DNA from: a bacterium
Lineage (GTDB): Bacteria > Patescibacteriota > Patescibacteriia > Patescibacteriales > GWC2-42-12
DNA length: 64,000 bases
Assembly (NCBI GenBank): GCA_030650415.1
Contig: JAUSEG010000042.1
Coordinates: forward strand, 15,052-79,051
Direction of reading: 5' to 3'
The notes under the pieces were generated by a model that was not told the DNA's origin, searched no databases, and was given only the letters and a program-made list of their open reading frames with translations. Position 1 is the stretch's first letter, and every line of letters starts with the position of its first letter. Both the position numbers and the translations under genes were made by a program. This document shows, piece by piece, positions 52,148 to 60,244 of this stretch.

Positions 52148-52228
52148 CCCCGTTAGAAATTAATCCATATTAACGGACTGTAAATCGCTTATATATCTAT
52201 AATTTTATGAATAATATTTCTAACGGGG
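52148..52228. repeat. 81-bp element with perfect 13-bp TIRs CCCCGTTAGAAAT/ATTTCTAACGGGG enclosing a start codon
   Basis: Left TIR at 52148-52160, right TIR at 52216-52228, and the ATG at 52207 inside. The outer flanks TTTTCA/TAAAAA extend the inverted repeat. Confidence 0.75.
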
Positions 52229-53196
52229 TAAAAAAATTTCTCTTAATCGGCTTAATTTTTTACCTAATATTGCCTAAGATTGCTGAAGGCGGTGGAACGC
52301 TTACCGGCAGAATATTATTGCAAGTTGAAGACAAAGGCCAAGCCTGGTATGTCAATCCGGCCGATGAAAAAAGATACAGTCTGGGCAGACCGGATGACGC
52401 TTATAATTTAATGCGAAAATTAAGTATTGGTATCAGCAACGAAGATTTAAAAAAAATACCAGTCGGTTTATCGTCTAGTAATTATCCGGACAGCGATGAA
52501 GATGGCCTTAATGATAATCTAGAAGACGCTCTAGGCACGGACAAAAATAAAACCGACACAGACGCGGACGGCTATGATGATAAAACCGAATTAACTAACG
52601 GTTATAATCCTCTTGGCTCGGGCAAACAACCGATTGATGAAAAATTCACTCGCAGTAATTCCGGCAAAATATTTTTGCAAGTGCAAAAAAATGGTGAAGC
52701 TTGGTACGTCGAACCGGTAACGCAAAAACGATATTCCCTGGGACGGCCTGGCGATGCTTTTCAGATTATGAGAACTTTCGGACTGGGTATAACCAACGCC
52801 AACTTAGAAAAAATTCCAGTCGGCCAATTGCCGATTGATCTGGATCCTACCGACCTTGACCCAATTGATCCAGACCCGTTTGATCCCGACCCGATAGATA
52901 CACTTTCCGATGATGCGTTGCAGTCAGCGGCTTCGGCTATAAGAGCAGCTGACGGTCCTAGCGCCATTTCATTTTTTACGCCGAACATGCAAAAATCAAT
53001 TGAATATTCTGTCGAGCATATGCCAAAAGAAAGCTTATTAATACTCGCCAATATCCTTTCCGGCAGTACTTTAGAATCTTCCGCAGAAACCACCAATACT
53101 TATTCCAACGAAGTTTACTTCCAAGGCGAAAAACACACGGTATATTTTTATGTGGAAAAACAGCCGGACGAAACTTGGCTCTTAACAAATCTATAA
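52207..53196 (+). CDS. secreted protein with duplicated domain, TSP3-like repeats and a (D-P-x) tract
   Basis: A signal peptide, then two copies of G.I.LQV...G.AWYV.P...KRYSLGRP.DA..., DSDEDGLNDNLED...DTDADGYDD...GYNPLGSGK, and PIDLDPTDLDPIDPDPFDPDPID. Confidence 0.65.
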   Translation: MNNISNGVKKFLLIGLIFYLILPKIAEGGGTLTGRILLQVEDKGQAWYVNPADEKRYSLGRPDDAYNLMRKLSIGISNEDLKKIPVGLSSSNYPDSDEDGLNDNLEDALGTDKNKTDTDADGYDDKTELTNGYNPLGSGKQPIDEKFTRSNSGKIFLQVQKNGEAWYVEPVTQKRYSLGRPGDAFQIMRTFGLGITNANLEKIPVGQLPIDLDPTDLDPIDPDPFDPDPIDTLSDDALQSAASAIRAADGPSAISFFTPNMQKSIEYSVEHMPKESLLILANILSGSTLESSAETTNTYSNEVYFQGEKHTVYFYVEKQPDETWLLTNL

Positions 53197-53240
53197 AAAA
53201 ACCTTAATTTTAACGCGAACAAAAAAATAGAAAATAAAAA

Positions 53241-53397
53241 GACTCTTAGCTATATTGCAAGCATAGAAAGATTTAGGATTAGATTTAGCCTGAAATTTAT
53301 TTACAAACATTTCTTTCTCCTTTTCTCATAGAAATTTTGTTAAAAATTTCAGGCTAAATCCCTAAATTTTTCGTGGCAAACAATATAGCTAAGAGCC
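53241..53397. repeat. ~157-bp long imperfect inverted repeat between convergent genes
   Basis: CTCTTAGCTATATTG...ATTTAGCCTGAAATTT // AAATTTCAGGCTAAAT...CAATATAGCTAAGAG. Confidence 0.65.
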
Positions 53398-53439
53398 TTT
53401 TTATTAAATTTGTGACGAGCGATATAGTTAAGGTCTTTT

Positions 53440-56232
53440 TTATATAACTATATTTACTAATTTCCCTTTAACAAAAATAACTTTAATAATTTCCTTATAT
53501 TCAAGCCATTTCTTTATTTTTTCGCTTTCTAAAGCGATTTTTTTAGCTTCTTCTTCGCTAATCTCAGCCAAAACTTTAAGAGTGTCGCGCACCTTGCCGT
53601 TTATCTGAATCACTAGATTTATGGTTTCATCCTTAACTAATTCCGGATTATATTTCGGCCACGGCTGTTTAAAAATACTTTCTTTATTGCCCAGTTCCGA
53701 CCACAGTTCCTCGCATAAATGCGGCGCGAACGGCGCTAAAATCTTTAAAAAATTCTCCAACGCTCCGCGCGGCATAGCATCAAGCTTGCCGGCGAAATTT
53801 ACAAAAATCATCATGGCGCTAATCGCCGTGTTGTAATGAAAATCTTCTATATCTTGCGTGACTTTTTTTATTGTTTTGTGAAGCAGCTTTGGCAAGCCCG
53901 ACTCTTTAATCTTGCAGTCGCCGCCCTGGCAATCGTATAATTTTTTATCTTTTAATTTATAAACATTTTCCAAAAATCTTCTGGCGCCGATCACGCCGTT
54001 GGTGCTCCAGGCGCAAGGCTGGTTAAACGGCCCCATGAACATTTCATAAACGCGCAGCGAATCCGCGCCGAATTTTTCCACTATTTCGTCCGGGTTAATA
54101 ACATTACCCCAACGTTTTGACATCTTGCGCCCGTCCTCGGCCATGATTAAACCAACCTGCTGCAGCCGCGTGAACGGCTCATCGTAATTTACCGCGCCGA
54201 TATCATATAAGAACTTATGCCAGAAGCGCGCGTAAATCAGATGTCGCGTAGCATGCTCGGCGCCGCCGACATAAAAATCCACCGGCGACCAATATTTTTC
54301 TTTGACTTTATCGACCAGCGCTTTCTTATTTTTGGGATCAATATATCTTAAATAATACCAGCTTGACCCTGCCCATTGCGGCATAGTATTGGTTTCGCGC
54401 AAAGCCTTACCGCCGCACTTCGGGCACTTGGTATTCACCCACTCTTTAATATTAGCCAGTGGCGACTCGCCCGTGCCGGTCGGCTGGTAATTTTTCACTT
54501 CGGGTAATTTCAAAGGTAATTCTTTCTCCGGCACCGCCACATTACCGCATTTCTCGCAATGGATAATCGGGATCGGCTCGCCCCAGTAGCGCTGACGGGA
54601 AAACACCCAGTCACGGAGTTTATAGTGCACAGTTAATTTGCCAAACTCTTTAGCCATTTTTGATCTTGCCTGATTGGATTTCATTCCGGTAAAATCTCCT
54701 GAGTTTATCACAACCCCTTCGCCAATATAACAAACGAACTCTTCATAAAATGAATTATGCCACAACATTTCCCAAATACTATTATACTTTCTGACTAACG
54801 GTTCAGTCCGTTTTAGCCTTTCAAATAATTTTAAATCATTAAATTGAAAATTTTCAAACACTTTATCTTTGAAAACCAAAATATTTCTAGCCCCGATGAT
54901 ATCTACCCAACCATCTCCTTTTAAATAGCTCTGGACCATCTTTATAAATTTATTAATCTGGTATTCTTTTAGAACTATTCGAATATGTTCTCTCCCGTTT
55001 CTACTTAGTCCAATCGTAAATTCAATTTTACTTTTTACAAGCTCATCCTTTAGGCCTTTTTCTACGGTTTCAGTAACTATGATTGATTTCAAAATATCTT
55101 CTGGCCTGACAACTTGTTTGATTGGTAAATTATATTTAATAGCAAATTCAAAGTCCCTCTGGTCATGCGCCGGCACGGCCATAATCGCGCCTGTGCCATA
55201 CCCAGTTAGTACATAATCGGCTACGAAGATTGGAATTTCTTCATTGTTAACCGGATTAATCGCCATTATGCCTTCTAACTTAATACCGGTTTTTTCTTTG
55301 TTTAAATCAGTTCGCTCCAGGTCGCTCTTATTTTTAGCCGCGTTTATGTATCCTTCCACTTCGGCCCAGTTCTTAATCTCGCTTTTTAAATCTTGGATTA
55401 ATTTATGCTCCGGCGAGATTACCATGAAGGTCGCGCCGAAAAGAGTGTCCGGCCGCGTAGTAAAAACTTCTATAAATTTTTGGCAATTTGATTTTTTAGA
55501 TTTATTTGAAAATTGAAAATTGAAAATTGAAAATTTAACTATTGCCCCTTCGCTCCGCCCGATCCAATTTCTCTGCATTTCCTTAATCGACTCTTCCCAG
55601 TCCGGCAATTTTTCCAAATCGTTAAGCAGGCGATCGGCGTAATCGGTAATTTTTAAAACCCACTGGCGCATCGGCTTCCTTTCCACCGCCGTGCCGCAGC
55701 GCTCGCACAAGCCACCCTCCAAATCTTCGTTAGATAAAACCGTTTTACATGACGGGCACCAATTCACGGGCTCGTTCGATTCATAAGCCAGCCCGCGTTC
55801 AAACATTTTTATGAAAGTCCATTGCGTCCATTTATAATATTCCGGATCGGTGGTATTTATTTCCCGCTCCCAATCATAGGTGAAGCCCAATTTCCCCAGC
55901 TGATTTTTAAAAGTGGCAATATTTTTTTCCGTGGCGGCTCGCGGATGAATTTTATTGGCGATGGCGTAATTTTCCGCCGGCAGGCCGAACGCGTCCCAGC
56001 CCATAGGGTGAAGCACATTATAGCCTTGCATCATTTTGGCGCGGGCAAAAATGTCCGTGGCGATATAGCCCTTAGGATGGCCGACATGAAGGCCGGAGCC
56101 GGAAGGGTAAGGAAACATATCCAAAATATAATATTTCGGTTTGGCTTTATCTTCGGAAGTTCTGTATAACTTGGTTTTTTTCCAGCTCTTGATCCACTTC
56201 TCTTCTATTTTTTTGTGATCATACTTTTCCAT
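53440..56232 (-). CDS. leuS: leucine--tRNA ligase
   Basis: HVGHPKGY (HIGH), FTTRPDTLFGAT, KMSKRWGN (KMSKS). 930 aa with extra inserted segments. Confidence 0.93.
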   Translation of the reverse strand: MEKYDHKKIEEKWIKSWKKTKLYRTSEDKAKPKYYILDMFPYPSGSGLHVGHPKGYIATDIFARAKMMQGYNVLHPMGWDAFGLPAENYAIANKIHPRAATEKNIATFKNQLGKLGFTYDWEREINTTDPEYYKWTQWTFIKMFERGLAYESNEPVNWCPSCKTVLSNEDLEGGLCERCGTAVERKPMRQWVLKITDYADRLLNDLEKLPDWEESIKEMQRNWIGRSEGAIVKFSIFNFQFSNKSKKSNCQKFIEVFTTRPDTLFGATFMVISPEHKLIQDLKSEIKNWAEVEGYINAAKNKSDLERTDLNKEKTGIKLEGIMAINPVNNEEIPIFVADYVLTGYGTGAIMAVPAHDQRDFEFAIKYNLPIKQVVRPEDILKSIIVTETVEKGLKDELVKSKIEFTIGLSRNGREHIRIVLKEYQINKFIKMVQSYLKGDGWVDIIGARNILVFKDKVFENFQFNDLKLFERLKRTEPLVRKYNSIWEMLWHNSFYEEFVCYIGEGVVINSGDFTGMKSNQARSKMAKEFGKLTVHYKLRDWVFSRQRYWGEPIPIIHCEKCGNVAVPEKELPLKLPEVKNYQPTGTGESPLANIKEWVNTKCPKCGGKALRETNTMPQWAGSSWYYLRYIDPKNKKALVDKVKEKYWSPVDFYVGGAEHATRHLIYARFWHKFLYDIGAVNYDEPFTRLQQVGLIMAEDGRKMSKRWGNVINPDEIVEKFGADSLRVYEMFMGPFNQPCAWSTNGVIGARRFLENVYKLKDKKLYDCQGGDCKIKESGLPKLLHKTIKKVTQDIEDFHYNTAISAMMIFVNFAGKLDAMPRGALENFLKILAPFAPHLCEELWSELGNKESIFKQPWPKYNPELVKDETINLVIQINGKVRDTLKVLAEISEEEAKKIALESEKIKKWLEYKEIIKVIFVKGKLVNIVI
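55508..55535. repeat. GAAAATT x4 tandem heptamer inside leuS
   Basis: gaaaattgaaaattgaaaattgaaaatt, translated on the minus strand as FSIFNFQFS. Confidence 0.8.
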
Positions 56233-56275
56233 AATAGACTAATTTTAACCTAAAATTGGCGAAAAGGCAAGAAAA

Positions 56276-56719
56276 TTATTTTTTATAAATCAGCCAATTC
56301 TTTTTGTCTTTTAACCGAACTAGTACATATTCTCCCTTTAATTTTTCGCCAACTAAATTAAATTTCATGCTGCCTTTCTCCAGGTCGCCGTCCAGTGTCT
56401 GCCATTTGCCTTTATCATAAATTTCCACTGTGCCGGCGCCATACTCGCCTTCGGGAATCGTACCGGAAAAATTTATATATTCCACCGGATGATCTTCTAC
56501 CGCTATGGCTAACCGCTTAATCCCCGCTTCTTCCGGCACGCCTTTGGGTACGGCCCAAGATTTTAGAACCCCTTCATGCTCTAACCGAAAATCATAATGC
56601 AGGTGGCTGGCCTGATGTTTTTGCACGACGAAACGCGATAAACTTTTTTTCTTAACCGTGCCTTTAGGTTCGGAGGTTTTATTAAATTTTCTTTTGGCTT
56701 GATATTTTTCTAAGGCCAT
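56276..56719 (-). CDS. stand-alone DNA ligase D 3'-phosphoesterase (LigD-PE)-like protein
   Basis: YQAKRKFNKTSEPKG...FVVQKHQASHLHYDFRLE..GVLKSWAVPKG...VEDHP.EY..F.G.IP.GEYGAG.V. The ATG at 56719 is preferred over the GTG at 56731. Confidence 0.8.
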   Translation of the reverse strand: MALEKYQAKRKFNKTSEPKGTVKKKSLSRFVVQKHQASHLHYDFRLEHEGVLKSWAVPKGVPEEAGIKRLAIAVEDHPVEYINFSGTIPEGEYGAGTVEIYDKGKWQTLDGDLEKGSMKFNLVGEKLKGEYVLVRLKDKKNWLIYKK

Positions 56720-56724
56720 ATAAT

Positions 56725-57021
56725 TTTTCACCCCGTGAAATAAGATTTGAGCCTTTTTCTTAAAAACATTTTACCGTAATGAGTTTTTAAATGCTTTTCG
56801 CGTCGAGTAGCATCTTGTTGATTTAAACAACTTTCGTAATAAATCAACTTCAATGGTCTTCGATTCATTGTCGACTCTACTAACCCCATAGCATGTTGCT
56901 CAAATCTTAATTTTAAATTTTTAGTATATCCAACATATTGTTTTTTATCCTTTAAACTTAACAAAACATAAGTATGATACATATTAAAACAAAATTTAAA
57001 ATTATTTCACGGGGTAAAAAC
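56725..57021. mobile_element. GIY-YIG gene bracketed by inverted repeats TTATTTCACGGGGTrAAAA
   Basis: A perfect 13-bp IR (56731-56743 CCCCGTGAAATAA; 57003-57015 TTATTTCACGGGG) extends to about 19 bp with one mismatch. The same termini occur in cargo-less elements at 51072-51121 and 52148-52228. Confidence 0.55.
56728..56982 (-). CDS. GIY-YIG nuclease family protein (84 aa)
   Basis: YHTYVLLSLKDKKQYVGYTKNLKLRFEQH...RREKHLK. The last codons (YFTG*) are encoded by the left inverted repeat. Confidence 0.85.
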   Translation of the reverse strand: MYHTYVLLSLKDKKQYVGYTKNLKLRFEQHAMGLVESTMNRRPLKLIYYESCLNQQDATRREKHLKTHYGKMFLRKRLKSYFTG

Positions 57022-57214
57022 GGGCTTAACCCTAGAGCCTATCTTAAAAATAATCTCTGGATCGTTTTCGGTCTTTTTTGGCTACAAAATTATAAAATTT
57101 TGTCGAAATAATTTATTATTCCTCCTTAATTTTCTAATTTTTCGCTCAAAAAATCCTCGAAAACGACTTAGAGCTATTTTTAAGATAGGCTCCTGAAGAA
57201 TTAAGCCCGCTTTT
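57017..57214. repeat. ~200-bp long imperfect inverted repeat
   Basis: Arms of about 50 bp (AAAACGGGCTTAA..GAGCCTATCTTAAAAATA...CGTTTTCG // CGAAAACG...TATTTTTAAGATAGGCTC..TTAAGCCCGCTTTT). Confidence 0.65.
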
Positions 57215-57232
57215 AATGAAATTAACAATTTT

Positions 57233-57880
57233 TTAACTCTTGCTGACCGCGCCGGCGCCATTAGCATTGTTGCCGTTATCTTTATTTTGCATTTCGTCCT
57301 TAATCAGCGGGGCGATAACGTCCTTATGCATGCTATATTCGCAGAAAACCGCTAAGGCGATTACCGTGGTCCAAAGGCCGTCCTTATTGCCTTCCGCCGA
57401 CTGGGTGACGTTTGAGGTCTTAAAAATATTGCCGCTGGCTTTATAGATCTGTTCTCTTTCTTCCCAAGCCTTGGCCGAATCGAACTCAATGCCTAAGGTT
57501 GTAGCTAACATGGTAGCAGCCAAATCTTCGGCATATTCGCCGGTTTTTTTCGCCACCTCGCCGAAAGCGTGATGCTCGGATAAATAACCGTAGTTATTTT
57601 CATCGCTTGGCCTGGCCACGCCGATAGAGGCGGAAATTAATCGGTTTGGTTCATTAGTTTCGCTTCTGGCTAAAACGCAAAAAACTATTTGTCCCGGATG
57701 AAGCATTCTCTCGCCTTTTTCTTTAGAAGTAACATGGCAATTAGGCGGCATGATGCTGGAAACGGTTACTAGGTTATGCTTTTCAATGCCGGCATCCCTA
57801 AGCGCCAGCTCAAAAGACGCTAGTTTGTCCTTATGAACACCGACTCCTTTAGTAAAAAACATTTTCTTTGGCGTGAACAT
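57233..57880 (-). CDS. pdaD: pyruvoyl-dependent arginine decarboxylase
   Basis: [39 protein letters not shown], including the conserved self-cleavage Ser-Ser region. Confidence 0.85.
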   Translation of the reverse strand: MFTPKKMFFTKGVGVHKDKLASFELALRDAGIEKHNLVTVSSIMPPNCHVTSKEKGERMLHPGQIVFCVLARSETNEPNRLISASIGVARPSDENNYGYLSEHHAFGEVAKKTGEYAEDLAATMLATTLGIEFDSAKAWEEREQIYKASGNIFKTSNVTQSAEGNKDGLWTTVIALAVFCEYSMHKDVIAPLIKDEMQNKDNGNNANGAGAVSKS

Positions 57881-57893
57881 ACTTTAAAATGCT

Positions 57894-57983
57894 AGAATTA
57901 TGAATAAAGAATTATAAATTATGAGCCGTAAATTCTATTTGGCCTTTTTCCATAATTCATGATTCATTATTCATAATTCATTT
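57894..57983. repeat. inverted pair of ATGAAT/ATTCAT arrays in the pdaD leader
   Basis: Arms at 57894-57925 and 57950-57983, the same layout as the ftsZ leader. Confidence 0.7.
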
Positions 57984-58069
57984 TTAATTTTAGTTAAGTA
58001 ATCCAATTATACATCTTTACTATTTTTTTGTCATGGCTACGCCAGATCTCGCGAAGCGAGACAATAAAT

Positions 58070-58204
58070 TCAGCCGATAATAATTTTCTGCAGTTTTTTT
58101 ACCCCCGAACCGCTAACCTTCATCCGTTTTCTCTTGCTTTTTTCCCGTATTTTTAGGCGTTTCTCCACTTCCTCGGCCAACTGGTCGAAATTTTGTTTAT
58201 TCAT
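58070..58204 (-). CDS. small basic hypothetical protein (44 aa)
   Basis: By-eye ORF MNKQNFDQLAEEVEKRLKIREKSKRKRMKVSGSGVKKLQKIIIG*. No family recognised. It is weakly supported. Confidence 0.25.
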   Translation of the reverse strand: MNKQNFDQLAEEVEKRLKIREKSKRKRMKVSGSGVKKLQKIIIG

Positions 58205-58250
58205 AAAATAAATGCTATAATACCTATAACATTATCATAAAGCAGACAGG

Positions 58251-58346
58251 CCCCGTTAAATTAAAATGAATTTAAACTTAATATCTATTACTAATGTAAT
58301 ACTCGTTCACCTCTTCGTCAAGGTATTTAGCTTCTATTTAACGGGG
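58251..58346. repeat. 96-bp element with perfect 11-bp TIRs CCCCGTTAAAT/ATTTAACGGGG
   Basis: Ends 16 nt upstream of the dsbA-like start codon and is followed by TAAA like the other copies. Confidence 0.7.
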
Positions 58347-58361
58347 TAAACGAAAATATCA

Positions 58362-59072
58362 ATGGAATATTCAAACAAAATTTGGTTTAAGCGCTGGTGG
58401 GGCGTCTTAATAATCATAATTATCGCCATAATTTTATTTTTCCTGGCAGTCAGCGCTTCTTATTTTGTCGGAGAAATAAAAAATGCCAAGCTTAAACTTA
58501 ATCAGGCTGAACCAATCCGCCAGCTAAAGGAAAGCGGCCAGAAATATGACGCCGCCTCGGGCGATAATTATTGGCTGGGTTCGGCTAACGCCAAAATCAC
58601 CATCGTTGAATTCGGCGATTTTGCCTGTCCGGTTTGCTTGCAATCGTTCCCGACTGTCAGAGAAATTAGTTTAAGGTATAAAAATGATATTAAATTAATT
58701 TGGCGGGATTATCCGGTAGTCTCTGATTATTCAGCCAATCTGGCCTTAGCGGCCAGGTGCGCGGGCGAGCAGGGTTTGTTCTGGCCCATGCATGATAAAT
58801 TATTTCAAAACCAGGGCGTAGGCCAAACTGATGACAAAATCGCGCAATTTGACGAGTTAGCCGCCTTAGCCAATCAAATCGGCGCCAACCAAGCTAAATT
58901 TAAAGATTGCTTTGATAGGCAAAAATACTTGCCCCAAATTCAAAAAGACTTAACCGACGGGCAGGCTTTCGGCATTGCCGGCACGCCAACCTATTTTATC
59001 GATGGCTATAAGCTTGAAGGCGATGTGCCGCTTGATATTTTTATTAAAATGATTGAGCAGCTTAAAAAATAA
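58362..59072 (+). CDS. DsbA-family thiol:disulfide oxidoreductase (membrane-anchored)
   Basis: N-terminal TM, FGDFACPVC CxxC motif, and a GTPTYFIDG cis-Pro region. Confidence 0.8.
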   Translation: MEYSNKIWFKRWWGVLIIIIIAIILFFLAVSASYFVGEIKNAKLKLNQAEPIRQLKESGQKYDAASGDNYWLGSANAKITIVEFGDFACPVCLQSFPTVREISLRYKNDIKLIWRDYPVVSDYSANLALAARCAGEQGLFWPMHDKLFQNQGVGQTDDKIAQFDELAALANQIGANQAKFKDCFDRQKYLPQIQKDLTDGQAFGIAGTPTYFIDGYKLEGDVPLDIFIKMIEQLKK

Positions 59073-59091
59073 TATCTTATTGTCATTGCGA

Positions 59092-59292
59092 GGATCCGCC
59101 AGCTGGCGGAGACGAAGCAATCTTCTTAATTGTCATCCCCGACCTGATCGGGGATCCAGAAATATAGCCAGAGTATACAATTTTGGATTCTCATGGCTAC
59201 GCCAGATCTCGCATAGCGATGACCGCCTGCGCGGGAATGACAGAAACGGTGAGATTCCCGGGTCATGCCCGGGACTAAAGGCTCGCAATGAC
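59092..59292. repeat. nested repeat cluster upstream of porG
   Basis: Outer GTCATTGCGAGG...GCTCGCAATGAC. Inner 78-bp-type unit at 59132-59241, itself interrupted at 59191-59222 by a 32-bp unit that also occurs at 58029-58062. Confidence 0.75.
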
Positions 59293-59304
59293 AAAGATAA
59301 ATTT

Positions 59305-59844
59305 ATGATCGAAATAAGAATCCATGGCCGCGGCGGCCAAGGCGTGGTAACGGCCGCGGAACTAATCGCTATCGCCGCGTTTAAAGATGGGAAGCAGGCG
59401 CAGGCCTTCCCCTCTTTCGGCGTAGAAAGAACCGGCGCTCCGGTTGAATCGTTCGCCAGGATTGACGAGCAGCCGATTATTATTAGACAGCAGATTTTAG
59501 AGCCAAATATTCTGATTATCCAGGACGCAACTCTGCTGGACTCGATTGATGTAACTAAGGGCTGCGATAAAAAAACTATTGTCATTATCAACTCGACAAG
59601 ATCAAAAAATGAACTTAAAATAAATTTACCGGAAAAAAATCTTCATGTTATTGACGCCTCGAAAATCGCCATGGAAATCATCGGCAAAAACATTGTTAAT
59701 ACGGTTATTCTGGGCGCTTTCGCCAAAGCCACTAACTTAGTCAGCTTAGAATCGCTAAATCTGGCGGTCAAAGAAAAATTTTCCGGCCACGAAGATTTAA
59801 TCGCTAAAAATATTGCCGCCATGGCCGAAGCTTATCAAATTTAA
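59305..59844 (+). CDS. porG: pyruvate/2-oxoacid:ferredoxin oxidoreductase gamma subunit
   Basis: MIEIRIHGRGGQGVVTAAELIA.AAF.DGK.AQAFPSFG.ERTGAP. The 84 upstream codons of the track ORF are repeat translation. Confidence 0.88.
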   Translation: MIEIRIHGRGGQGVVTAAELIAIAAFKDGKQAQAFPSFGVERTGAPVESFARIDEQPIIIRQQILEPNILIIQDATLLDSIDVTKGCDKKTIVIINSTRSKNELKINLPEKNLHVIDASKIAMEIIGKNIVNTVILGAFAKATNLVSLESLNLAVKEKFSGHEDLIAKNIAAMAEAYQI

Positions 59845-59858
59845 CCTTTCTCTAATCT

Positions 59859-59947
59859 GTCATTCCGGCCTCCACAGGAAAGCCTGCCTACTGGCGGGCG
59901 AAGCCGGAATCCACCCCGCAAATGCGGGACGCCTGCGCGGGAATGAC
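59859..59947. repeat. GTCAT-family composite unit filling the porG-porD spacer
   Basis: GTCATTCCGGCCTCC...GAAGCCGGAATCC...CGCCTGCGCGGGAATGAC. Confidence 0.7.
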
Positions 59948-59962
59948 AAAAAAGTGTAATGT

Positions 59963-60235
59963 ATGAAAATACCGATTAGCACAAAACCAAATACCACTAT
60001 TTCCAATAAGACCGCCGGCTGGAGCAATTTCAAACCGAAATTTCTTCATGAAAAATGCACGGCTTGCGGTATTTGCCCGCGCGTCTGCCCCGAAGGCATA
60101 ATTTATCAAACCGCTAAAACCAATTCGGCCGGTAAAAAATATTTTGATTACGATTCTGATTATTGCAAAGGCTGCGGCCTTTGCGCCATTGAATGCCCGT
60201 TCGAGGCGATTAAAATGGAAAAAGAAGAGAAATAG
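59963..60235 (+). CDS. porD: PFOR delta subunit (2x[4Fe-4S] ferredoxin-like)
   Basis: CTACGICPRVCP and CKGCGLCAIECP cluster motifs. Confidence 0.85.
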   Translation: MKIPISTKPNTTISNKTAGWSNFKPKFLHEKCTACGICPRVCPEGIIYQTAKTNSAGKKYFDYDSDYCKGCGLCAIECPFEAIKMEKEEK

Positions 60236-60244
60236 CCTCATGCT

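Noticed and set aside
59053-59304. 84-codon N-terminal extension of the porG ORF (MSSLKNNILLSLRGSASWRRRSNL...)
   Set aside because: The extension is a read-through translation of the repeat cluster. PorG homology begins at MIEIRIHGRGGQG (59305). The same artefact extends the ORFs at 6712-6807, 9279-9452, 21120-21194, 33130-33162 and 2063-2089.
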